From contig CAZZYU010000002.1 of NCBI GenBank assembly GCA_964658375.1, forward strand, positions 5,282 through 69,281: a stretch of DNA of 64,000 nt, given 5' to 3'. This DNA is from an uncultured Acetobacteraceae bacterium. Lineage in GTDB: Bacteria > Actinomycetota > Thermoleophilia > Solirubrobacterales > Solirubrobacteraceae. This document shows, piece by piece, positions 1 to 7,548 of the stretch. Under the pieces are notes generated by a model. That model did no database searches. It was not told the origin of the DNA and saw only the letters and a program-made list of their open reading frames with translations. Positions within the stretch are counted from its first letter, which is position 1, and every line of letters starts with the position of its first letter. Position numbers and translations under genes: made by a program.

Positions 1-67
1 CTCTCGGCGACGTATCCGGCCCGACCCGATCGGCGGGGCTCCCCCACGCTACTCCCTCAGATCCGGG

Positions 68-1234
68 TCACGTCCGCGTGTGGACGACGGGCACGACGGC
101 GCCGCCCCGGGAGGCGCCGCGACTGTGAATCGGGCCGTCGGTGGCGCGCAGCGGCCGCGCGACCCGTTCCGAGCGGCCGGCGATGATCTCGGCCAGGATC
201 GAGACCGCGGTCTCCTCGGCGGTGCGGCTGCCGATGTCCAGCCCGCACGGCGCATGGACGCGAGCCAGGTCGGCGTCGCTGACCCCGGCGGCCCGCAGCC
301 GCGCCTCGCGGTCGGCGGTGGTACGGCGGCTGCCCAGCGCGCCGATGTAGCCGGCGTCGGTCGCCAGCGCCTCGCGCACGGCCGGCTCGTCGTACTTGGG
401 GTCGTGGCTGAACACCAGGACGGCGTCGCGGGGACCCAGCGTCATGCCCGTCATCAGCTCGGCGGGCCAGCCGACGCGGACCTCGGCGTCAGACGAGAAC
501 CGCGGGGAGTGGACGAACCGCTCGCGCGCGTCGCAGATCGTCACGTCGTAGCCGATGCGCGCGGCAAATGGCGCCATCGCGGCCGAGAAGTCGACCGCGC
601 CGAAGATGATCATCCGCGGCGGCCGCGCGTAGGAGCGAATGTGGACGGCGAGATCGTTGCCCAGCGTCGCCCCGTCGCCGCCGAACCGCCGCAGCGTCGT
701 CTTGCCCTCCATCAGCAGACCGGTCGCCTCGCGACCGACGCTGCGGTCCAGCAGCTCTGAGACGCCCAGCGAGCCGGACGCCTGGTCATCGACGATCCCG
801 AGGCGGGCCCCGGCAGACGGGCCGTCGAGCAGCGTCGCGACCGCCGCGGGACGGCCCGCCAGGTGCTCGGCCAGCGCCATGAGCTCGATCTCGCCCGCCG
901 CACCGGCCAGCTCCTGGATGAAGATGTGCACGGTCCCGCCGCACGTCAGACCGACCGTGCCGGCCAGATCGTCGGAGATGCCGTAGGTCAGCACGCCCGC
1001 GCCGCGCTCACCCGCGAGGATCGCCTCCGCCTCGGTGACGACCGCCCCCTCCACGCAGCCGCCGGTGATCGACCCTTCGATCTCGCCCCGCTCGCCGATC
1101 ACCATCATCGCCCCCGGGGGCAGCGGCGCCGAGCCCTCCACCTCGACCAGCAGCGCCTGCACGAACCGACGCCGCTCACGCAGCCAGACGACGGCCGTGG
1201 CCTCGGTGGCGCTCGCGGCGTTCAGCGCCGCCAT
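68..1234 (-). CDS. XdhC/CoxI family accessory protein (molybdenum-cofactor insertion factor for xanthine/CO-dehydrogenase-type enzymes)
   Basis: Last 388 codons of ORF 68..2488. Family hallmarks GSITGGCVEG and GLTCGGTVHIFIQE, plus a second Rossmann-like half (MIIFGAVDFS...YDVTICDAR). Start set at ATG 1234 (MAALNAAS); the upstream part of the ORF is Arg/Pro-rich read-through. Confidence 0.8.
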   Translation of the reverse strand: MAALNAASATEATAVVWLRERRRFVQALLVEVEGSAPLPPGAMMVIGERGEIEGSITGGCVEGAVVTEAEAILAGERGAGVLTYGISDDLAGTVGLTCGGTVHIFIQELAGAAGEIELMALAEHLAGRPAAVATLLDGPSAGARLGIVDDQASGSLGVSELLDRSVGREATGLLMEGKTTLRRFGGDGATLGNDLAVHIRSYARPPRMIIFGAVDFSAAMAPFAARIGYDVTICDARERFVHSPRFSSDAEVRVGWPAELMTGMTLGPRDAVLVFSHDPKYDEPAVREALATDAGYIGALGSRRTTADREARLRAAGVSDADLARVHAPCGLDIGSRTAEETAVSILAEIIAGRSERVARPLRATDGPIHSRGASRGGAVVPVVHTRT

Positions 1235-1478
1235 GATGGAACTCGCTCGTTCACTGCTGGGCTCTGATCTGGCAGGACATCGAAGACGCCGTCGCGGTGC
1301 CCGAGACGATATCCGTCCGGCATCGACGTCTCGGGGCCGCCTGGGGGCCGGGGCGCCGGTGCCCGCGGACGCCGCTCGTGCAGAGGTCCCCGACGGTGCG
1401 GGTGGCTTCCTCGCCGACCAGAGCTGGGTCCGATCGACACGGCGAGCCCGGGCACAAGTGGGGGGTCGGTCGACCGTC

Positions 1479-1569
1479 GTGAGATGCGACCCCCGGGTTG
1501 GCCCGCCGAGCGGGCTCAATCGGGGGTGCATCGAATCCTCGTGAGACGGGACCCCCAGTTTGGTCCGCC
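1479..1569 (-). repeat. Two copies (24/29 identical, 62-nt period) of a hairpin-forming element in the 464-bp gap upstream of the XdhC-family gene
   Basis: Plus-strand copies gtgagatgcgacccccgggttggcccgcc (1479-1507) and gtgagacgggacccccagtttggtccgcc (1541-1569). Each folds as GGNCC-8 nt-GGTC(C). One arm difference gives G.U on the minus strand but A.C on the plus strand. Confidence 0.5.
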
Positions 1570-1643
1570 CCGCATCGTTCGCCGGTGGACTACTTGGCAC
1601 GGCGAGGGCAGCGGCGCCGGTGGGCGGCGTGTGGTCAACCGCG

Positions 1644-1660
1644 GCCGCGACGCTCGCGGC
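1644..1660 (-). terminator. GC-rich hairpin (7-bp stem, 3-nt loop) about 40 nt downstream of the KAS III-fusion stop
   Basis: Plus strand gccgcga-cgc-tcgcggc. Only UU follows on the minus strand, so it is not a canonical intrinsic terminator. Confidence 0.3.
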
Positions 1661-1698
1661 GCTGACGAGATCCGGCTTCGCGAGCCGTAGCCCGGAGC

Positions 1699-3636
1699 TC
1701 AGGCGGCGACGACGGCGGGCTCGCGCAGGCGTGCGCTCGGGGCGGCGACAGCAGCGTGGGGCGCGCCCACGGTCGCCTCGCGGGCGACGATCGCGGGGTC
1801 CAGCTGGATGACGGTGTACCCGCCGACGGCGCCGGCGCCGAAGCACGGGGTGAACAGCCGCATCGGCCGGTCGATCACGCCGTCGTGGACCGCGTCGTGG
1901 ATCGCCAGCGGAATGCTCGCCGAGGAGGTGTTCCCGACCCGTTCGATGTTGAAGTAGAGGCGATCGGCCTCCACCCCGGCCTCGGCCGCCAGCTCGGTGA
2001 CCATCGACCGATTCGCCTGATGGGGCACGACGAGGTCGACGGCGTCGAGCAGCGACCCGGATCGTCCGTCGGGATGGGGCCGGGACCGGATCTCGTCGGT
2101 CATCTGCATCAGATACCGCTGGGCGAGCGCGCGCACCTCGGGGCCATACACCGTGATGTCGTTGTCGAACTCCGGGTTGGGCCAGATGATCGAGTCGACC
2201 TCGCTGACCGGGCCGCCGGCCAGGATCTGCAGCAGTTCGATGTCGCTTGACCCCACCTCTCCGGGCGAGATGACCGCCGCCGCGGCCCCGTCGCCGAACA
2301 GCATCCGCGACGTCCTGACGTTGCCGATCTTGTCGGAGAACTTCTCGGCCCACACGACCAGGATCGGGCGGCGTGCCTGCTGGAGCAGGTGCACCGCCTG
2401 GACGAGGCCGTAGGCAAAGCCCGCGCACGCGGCGACGATGTCGTAGGACCCGTGCGTCTGGTAGATCCCGAGCTGACCCGAGAGCCACGAGGACAACGAC
2501 GGGATCAGCCTCGTCATGGTGCAGGAGCTGACCACGACCGCCCCCACCTCGGCGGGTTCACGCCCGGCGTGGGCCAGCGCCGCGCGGGCGGCATCCAACG
2601 CGATCTCGTCGAGTCCGCGCGCGGTGTAGACCCGCTGCTCGATTCCCGTCTTGCGACGGATCGACTCCGCGCTCATCGGCGACCAGCTGTGCACCGCGTT
2701 GCGCACGACATCATCGTTGCTGCAGATCACCTCACCGCGCAGGACGGCGAGCGACTCGATCCGGGGCGCGAGCTCGAAGCGCTCGGGCACGGGAATCGAC
2801 GGGAACGGTCTGACCGGTCGGTGGGCCTCGGGCGGGGCGCTCGGGCTCTGGATCCGGGTCGGCGTCGACCGGGCGCGGCGGACGAACTCCAGGACGTGGA
2901 CGTCGCGGGGGGCGTACACGACGACGAAGTCGTCATCGTCGATCTCATCAAGGGTCGCGAGGCTGGCCTGCGCACCGTCCCACGGGTACTCGTTGTGCAC
3001 CCGCATCGCGAGTCGGCGCAGGGCCTCCAGCTCGGCGACCTCCTCAAAGCAATCCACGAGCTGATCCAGCGCAAAGTGCGGATAGTCCGGGTCGTGCCGG
3101 CGCAGCCGGTAGGTGAGAGCCTCCGGCCGCGCCACCATCTCGGCGACCGTCGGCTCGATCGGCGAGAGCTCGGCGCCACTGTGGCGCCGCTCCTGCAAGC
3201 TGCGGAACAGGATGTCGAAGATCCGCTGCTCGGCGGCTTGGTCCCAGGCGGGCGGAAGCTGGGCATAGGCCTGCGCCACCGCGGCGGCGGTGCGGCCGCG
3301 GTCGCGCCACGGCGTGGCGACGGGCAGGAACAGGTCGTCGCGTCTGCGGGGCACGTCGCGCCAGCGCATCGGGCGCTTGACGTACATCGTCATCGAGTAG
3401 CGGCTTGCCCACACGAGGTTCAGGGCGACGTCACGCAGCAGGTCATACCGGGCGCCGTACCGCCCCCCCTGGATCCGCCGGACGAGCTCGTCCCCGCTCG
3501 GTGCCTTGGCGGTGAAGTCGCGCTCGATCACCGCCTCCAGCTGATCGAGGTGCCTCAGCTCGGAGAAGTCCAGGCCGGCCGAGAAGCTCGAGGGAAAGAC
3601 CATCCGCCCATGACGGTTGATCACGAAATCCTTCAT
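1699..3636 (-). CDS. KAS III (FabH-like 3-oxoacyl-ACP synthase III family) domain fused to an uncharacterised ~290-aa N-terminal domain
   Basis: 645-aa ORF with ATG 3636 preceded by AGGGGG. The C-terminal ~340 aa carry FabH Cys-His-Asn contexts (VAACAGFAYG, VVPHQANRSM, VGNTSSASIPLA). I do not recognise the N-terminal ~290 aa. Confidence 0.85.
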   Translation of the reverse strand: MKDFVINRHGRMVFPSSFSAGLDFSELRHLDQLEAVIERDFTAKAPSGDELVRRIQGGRYGARYDLLRDVALNLVWASRYSMTMYVKRPMRWRDVPRRRDDLFLPVATPWRDRGRTAAAVAQAYAQLPPAWDQAAEQRIFDILFRSLQERRHSGAELSPIEPTVAEMVARPEALTYRLRRHDPDYPHFALDQLVDCFEEVAELEALRRLAMRVHNEYPWDGAQASLATLDEIDDDDFVVVYAPRDVHVLEFVRRARSTPTRIQSPSAPPEAHRPVRPFPSIPVPERFELAPRIESLAVLRGEVICSNDDVVRNAVHSWSPMSAESIRRKTGIEQRVYTARGLDEIALDAARAALAHAGREPAEVGAVVVSSCTMTRLIPSLSSWLSGQLGIYQTHGSYDIVAACAGFAYGLVQAVHLLQQARRPILVVWAEKFSDKIGNVRTSRMLFGDGAAAAVISPGEVGSSDIELLQILAGGPVSEVDSIIWPNPEFDNDITVYGPEVRALAQRYLMQMTDEIRSRPHPDGRSGSLLDAVDLVVPHQANRSMVTELAAEAGVEADRLYFNIERVGNTSSASIPLAIHDAVHDGVIDRPMRLFTPCFGAGAVGGYTVIQLDPAIVAREATVGAPHAAVAAPSARLREPAVVAA

Positions 3637-3650
3637 CGACGCTGCCCCCT

Positions 3651-3673
3651 ATTACTCACAAAACCATCGTAAT
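3651..3673. promoter_or_regulatory. Dyad ATTAC-N13-GTAAT inside an unusually AT-rich divergent promoter gap
   Basis: The gap 3637..3714 between the KAS III-fusion gene (-) and the HD gene (+) contains ctattactcacaaaaccatcgtaatgctgatatggg, far below the local GC level. Confidence 0.35.
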
Positions 3674-3714
3674 GCTGATATGGGCAAACGGGAAGGGGGT
3701 CTCGGCCAGTCGGT

Positions 3715-4356
3715 ATGCAATTCGGACGCCGCCCGGGCGGTTTTTCAGCCATCCTCCCCGCGGTGGCGGGATTTGACCAGCTGATCACCACGCCCGCGGC
3801 CCACGACGCGCTGAACGTGCTGCGGTCGGCCACCGGTCAGGAGGACGGCCCGATGGAGCGCCACTGCGTGCGCGTGCACCACATCGCCCTGAAGCTCGGC
3901 GAGCGTCGACGCTGGGCGCTGGACCGCGAGGTTGTCCTCGTCGCCGCGATCCTGCACGACGTCGGCCTGTACCCGGGCGCCTCACGCGGCGGCGTCTACA
4001 CCGCGGACGGCGCCCGGCTCGCCCGGGAGCTGCTGCACCGCCACGGCTGGAGCGCGGACCGTGTCGACCAATGCGCCCAGGCGATCGACTGCCATCACGA
4101 CGTGCGCCGCCAGCTCCGGCGAGGCGCCGCCGTCGAGGCGCTGCGGCTGGCGGATCTGATCGACCTCGGCGGCGGCGTGATCACCTGCGGGCTTGACCGG
4201 CGCTGGCTGCGCGGGTTGGCGCGGGCGGTGCCGCGACAGGGTCTCGCGCGCGAGCTGGCGCGAGAGGTCGGCCGCGCGCTTCGCCACCGTCCGCTGACGC
4301 TCCCGGCGATCTTCCGGCGCCCGTCGCGCTCCGTCACCAGCCGGCCGGTCAGTTGA
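3715..4356 (+). CDS. HD domain-containing protein (putative metal-dependent phosphohydrolase)
   Basis: 213-aa ORF with the HD motif in AAILHDVGLY and a later His cluster AIDCHHDV. The exact start is uncertain by a few codons. Confidence 0.7.
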   Translation: MQFGRRPGGFSAILPAVAGFDQLITTPAAHDALNVLRSATGQEDGPMERHCVRVHHIALKLGERRRWALDREVVLVAAILHDVGLYPGASRGGVYTADGARLARELLHRHGWSADRVDQCAQAIDCHHDVRRQLRRGAAVEALRLADLIDLGGGVITCGLDRRWLRGLARAVPRQGLARELAREVGRALRHRPLTLPAIFRRPSRSVTSRPVS

Positions 4357-5041
4357 GCCGGGCCTGCAGCGCGCGCAGCTCGGTGGCCATGACGTCGCGG
4401 TGAGCGCCGCCCGCGGGGAGCATGAGCCGCATCTGGGCGGCGCGGATCGCCCGCCCGAGGTCGCCGCGGCGCTCATAGCTGGCCACCAGGTTGTTGAGCA
4501 TCCGCCACGCGATCTCGTGGGCGTGCCAGGGCCGCACCGACGTCTCTGGCGCGAGCGCGGGCGCGTCGAGCGCCACGCCGCCGCCGAAGGGGTCGATCAA
4601 CACCGGAGGGTCTGAGCCGAAGTGTCCGACGACGAAGTGTCCGGGCAGCCCCACGCCGGCCAGCGGGATGTTCGCGCGGCGAGCGACCTCGACGTAGACG
4701 ACCGACAGCAGGATCGGCAGGCCGCGTCGTCGCGACAGCACGATGTCGAGCATCGAGTTGTCGGGGTCGTCATAGCGCTCACGGTCCCCCGCGAACCCGT
4801 GCTCCCCGCCGAGCAGCTGACCGCAGGCGATCGCCATCTCCCGCGGGCTACCATTGCTCGCGTCGGCGGTCTCCGCGAGCGCCTCGCCGAGCTCCTTGCC
4901 GAGCTCGTCGAGCATCGCGATCGCGGCATCGGCATCGACGGCGCGGAACTCGGCGGCCATGGCGAGGGCCAGGACGTCGATCGCCGGACCCGGGTCTGAG
5001 GCGAGCTCCGCGAAGGGTGCCAGTCGCGCCACGATCACCAT
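4349..5041 (-). CDS. Transglutaminase-like / SirB1 N-terminal family protein
   Basis: 230-aa ORF. The core YDDPDNSMLDIVLSRRRGLPILLSVVYVEVARRANIPLAGVGLPGHFVV is typical of the SirB1/transglutaminase-like family and is followed by a helical tail. Confidence 0.7.
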   Translation of the reverse strand: MVIVARLAPFAELASDPGPAIDVLALAMAAEFRAVDADAAIAMLDELGKELGEALAETADASNGSPREMAIACGQLLGGEHGFAGDRERYDDPDNSMLDIVLSRRRGLPILLSVVYVEVARRANIPLAGVGLPGHFVVGHFGSDPPVLIDPFGGGVALDAPALAPETSVRPWHAHEIAWRMLNNLVASYERRGDLGRAIRAAQMRLMLPAGGAHRDVMATELRALQARLN

Positions 5042-5074
5042 CCTACGCTCAGACAGAGCGGCGTTCTCCGAGCG

Positions 5075-5106
5075 GATTAGGGCAACCTAATTAGGCACCC
5101 CTAATC
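5075..5106. promoter_or_regulatory. 32-bp near-perfect palindrome GATTAGGG-CAA-CCTAATTAGG-CAC-CCCTAATC (TTAGG/CCTAA half-sites, iron-box-like operator candidate)
   Basis: 26 of 32 positions are self-complementary; only the two 3-nt spacers differ. It lies in the 130-bp divergent gap 66 nt upstream of the FTR1 permease start. Confidence 0.6.
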
Positions 5107-5171
5107 TGTGGTACGCTGGCCCGCGACCGGCCCCTGACCCGTGTTGGACCTCGACTGAAAGGGCAGCATCA

Positions 5172-6272
5172 GTGCCTCAGCCAGCAGAAGCCGCAGCGTC
5201 CCAGTCGCGGGGCCGCTCCCGCCGCGAGTCGACCTACTTCTACCTCTGGACCGCGCTGGTGCTCGCCGCGGCCGTGGTCATCGTCGTGGTCAGCTGGCAC
5301 GCCAAGGGTGGCACCTCGGATCCGACGGATGTGGCCGCGGGACATCGGCTGGGGCGCACGACGGTCGTGATCAACAGCGCGATTCTCGTGCTCCGTGAGG
5401 GGTTGGAGACGATTCTCGTGCTCGCGGCGGTGATGGCGAGCTTCCTGGGCGGCAACCGGGTCTACCGCAAGCCGGTGGCGGCCGGGGGCGCCGCGGCGAT
5501 CGCGGCGGGAATCGGAACCTGGTTTCTCGTCGTGTGGTTCATCGGGCAGCTGGGCAACGGCGGCCTGACCGCGCAGGCCGCGACCGGCATCCCGTCGCTG
5601 ATCGTGCTGCTGGTCGTCATGAACTGGTTCTTTCACAAGGTCTACTGGACCGGGTGGATCTCCCACCATCACAAGCGCCGCCGCGGCCTGCTCTCCGGCG
5701 ACGGCATGGTCAACCAGCGGCGGATGCTGCTCGGGCTCGCGCTGCTGGGGTTCACCTCGGTGTACCGCGAGTGCTTCGAGGTCGTCATCTTCCTGCAGAA
5801 CCTGCGTCAGATCTACGGCGCCGACGTCGTCCTGGAGGGCGTGGTCATCGGCTGCCTGTTCACCGCCGCCGGCGGGGTGCTCACCTTCAGCCTGCACGCC
5901 AAGCTTCCCTACCGCAAGCTGCTGATCATCACCGGCGTCATGCTGCTGGTCGTGCTCATCGTCTCCGTCGGTGAGGAGGTCAACGAGATGCAGCTCGCCG
6001 GCTGGATCGGCTACGGCCCGATCAGCTGGCTGCACCTGCCCGGTTGGACGGGCACCTGGTTCTCGCTGTTCAACGACTGGCCCACGTTCCTCGGGCAGTT
6101 CATCGCCTTCGTCGTCGTCGTCGGCTCCTATGTCGGCGCGCAGTACATGCGCGTGTGGCGGCCCCGTCGCCGCGGCCAGCGGGCCGCGCAGCGGGCACAG
6201 CGGGTCCCCGATCAGCCCGCCGACATCGCCGTCAGCGGCCACGCCTTCATGGGCGAGCTGGCCGCAACCTGA
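5172..6272 (+). CDS. FTR1/EfeU family high-affinity iron permease
   Basis: 366-aa polytopic membrane ORF starting at GTG 5172. Two REXXE-type motifs (LREGLETIL and YRECFEVVIF) are characteristic of FTR1 permeases. Confidence 0.85.
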   Translation: MPQPAEAAASQSRGRSRRESTYFYLWTALVLAAAVVIVVVSWHAKGGTSDPTDVAAGHRLGRTTVVINSAILVLREGLETILVLAAVMASFLGGNRVYRKPVAAGGAAAIAAGIGTWFLVVWFIGQLGNGGLTAQAATGIPSLIVLLVVMNWFFHKVYWTGWISHHHKRRRGLLSGDGMVNQRRMLLGLALLGFTSVYRECFEVVIFLQNLRQIYGADVVLEGVVIGCLFTAAGGVLTFSLHAKLPYRKLLIITGVMLLVVLIVSVGEEVNEMQLAGWIGYGPISWLHLPGWTGTWFSLFNDWPTFLGQFIAFVVVVGSYVGAQYMRVWRPRRRGQRAAQRAQRVPDQPADIAVSGHAFMGELAAT

Positions 6273-6288
6273 CACGCGGTTGCGTCGG

Positions 6289-6306
6289 TGCCCCATCCAT
6301 GGGGCA
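6289..6306 (+). terminator. Hairpin TGCCCCA-tcca-TGGGGCA 17 nt after the FTR1 stop
   Basis: 7-bp stem read from the sequence, with no U-tract following. Confidence 0.3.
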
Positions 6307-6334
6307 ACCCGGGCTTGAAGGCGGTTGCCTGAAG

Positions 6335-6349
6335 CGGTTCAATGAACCG
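6335..6349. promoter_or_regulatory. Perfect 7-1-7 palindrome CGGTTCA-A-TGAACCG ending 2 nt before ATG 6352
   Basis: Read directly from the sequence. It occupies the place where an SD would be expected for the sarcosine-oxidase-like gene. Confidence 0.35.
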
Positions 6350-6351
6350 TC

Positions 6352-7548
6352 ATGACCGAGGACCTGATCATCGTCGGCGGCGGGGTGATGGGCCTGTTCT
6401 GCGCCTATCACGCGTCGGAGCGCTTCGAACGGATCGTGATCCTCGAGCGGGGGCGGATCGGTGATCCGATGACCGCGTCGTTCGGGAGGACGCGCTCCTA
6501 CCGCTGCGACTACCTGGACCCCACCTACGCGCGGCTGGCTCGGGAGGCGCTGCGGCTGTGGGACGAGTTCGAGCAGGCCACCGAGACCGACGCGCTCGTG
6601 CGCTGCGGCTGCATGAACATCGCCAAGCGCTCGGTCACCCCCAACCTCGAGACCACCTACGCCGATCTCAGCCACCGCATCCTGCAGGGCCTGGGACTCC
6701 CGACCGCGGCCTACGACGATGACCAGCTGCGCGCCCGCTTCCCGATCCTCGACGCCGATCTGGGCCGCCTGGACGTCGACGGCGGGCTGGTCGACCTGAG
6801 GGCGGTCACCGCCGCCCTGCAGACCGTGCTGGCCCGGCGCGGCGTGCAGATCGTGGAGGGCGTGGACGTGCGCGGCATCCGGCGCGACGCCGCCGAGATG
6901 ATCCACGTCGAGACCGACTCGGGGCAACGGACGGCGCGCTCGCTCGTCGTCTGCGCCGGCCACGGGACCAACGACGTGCTGGCGCTGATGGACGGCGCCC
7001 GCCTGCGGGTGCCGATCACGCGCGATCGCCCGATCGAAGCCCGCTACTACCACCCGCCGGCCGCGCTCCGCGATCAGTTCACCGCCCCCGCGATGCCGGT
7101 GCTCGCCTACCTCGACGCCGGGATCTACTGCCACCCGATCGTCGACGGCGTGATCGACGCGGTCAAGATCGGCTACTACCACCCGCCCGACCTGCCCCGG
7201 TCGACGACCGTCATCGACAGCGTCGCCACGTTCGTGGAGCAGTGTCTGCCGGGGCTGCGCGACGCGGACTCCGAGCCGGTCGCCGACACCGACGGGTGCG
7301 ACTACGACCTCGTCGCCGATGACGACTTCGTGCTGGGGGCGGTACCGGGCTTCCCCGGCGCCCACGTCGGCGTCGGCTGGCGCGGCACCGGGTACAAGTT
7401 CTCGCCGTGGGTGGGACGGGTCCTCTCCGAGCTCGCGCTGCAGCAGGGCACCGTCTATGACATCGGCCGCTTTGACCCGGCCCGGTTTGACCGAGGAGGC
7501 TCAGATGACGCACCGATCGCCGCGGACGCTGGCGCAGCGGCTGTCTGA
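6352..7548 (+). CDS. FAD-dependent oxidoreductase, monomeric sarcosine-oxidase/DAO-like
   Basis: 398-aa ORF with N-terminal dinucleotide fold DLIIVGGGVMG. Overall DAO-family layout with GWRGTGYKFSP near the C-terminus. Confidence 0.8.
   Translation: MTEDLIIVGGGVMGLFCAYHASERFERIVILERGRIGDPMTASFGRTRSYRCDYLDPTYARLAREALRLWDEFEQATETDALVRCGCMNIAKRSVTPNLETTYADLSHRILQGLGLPTAAYDDDQLRARFPILDADLGRLDVDGGLVDLRAVTAALQTVLARRGVQIVEGVDVRGIRRDAAEMIHVETDSGQRTARSLVVCAGHGTNDVLALMDGARLRVPITRDRPIEARYYHPPAALRDQFTAPAMPVLAYLDAGIYCHPIVDGVIDAVKIGYYHPPDLPRSTTVIDSVATFVEQCLPGLRDADSEPVADTDGCDYDLVADDDFVLGAVPGFPGAHVGVGWRGTGYKFSPWVGRVLSELALQQGTVYDIGRFDPARFDRGGSDDAPIAADAGAAAV

Noticed and set aside
1235-2488. Upstream 418 codons of the 806-aa ORF 68..2488
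   Set aside because: It runs through a non-coding gap and antisense to the KAS III domain gene, and the sequence is Arg/Pro-rich. XdhC homology starts at 1234.
5169-6296. 375-aa minus-strand ORF
   Set aside because: It is exactly antisense to the FTR1 permease, which has two REXXE motifs and clear TM helices. The antisense product is Asp/Gly/His/Pro-rich and not protein-like.
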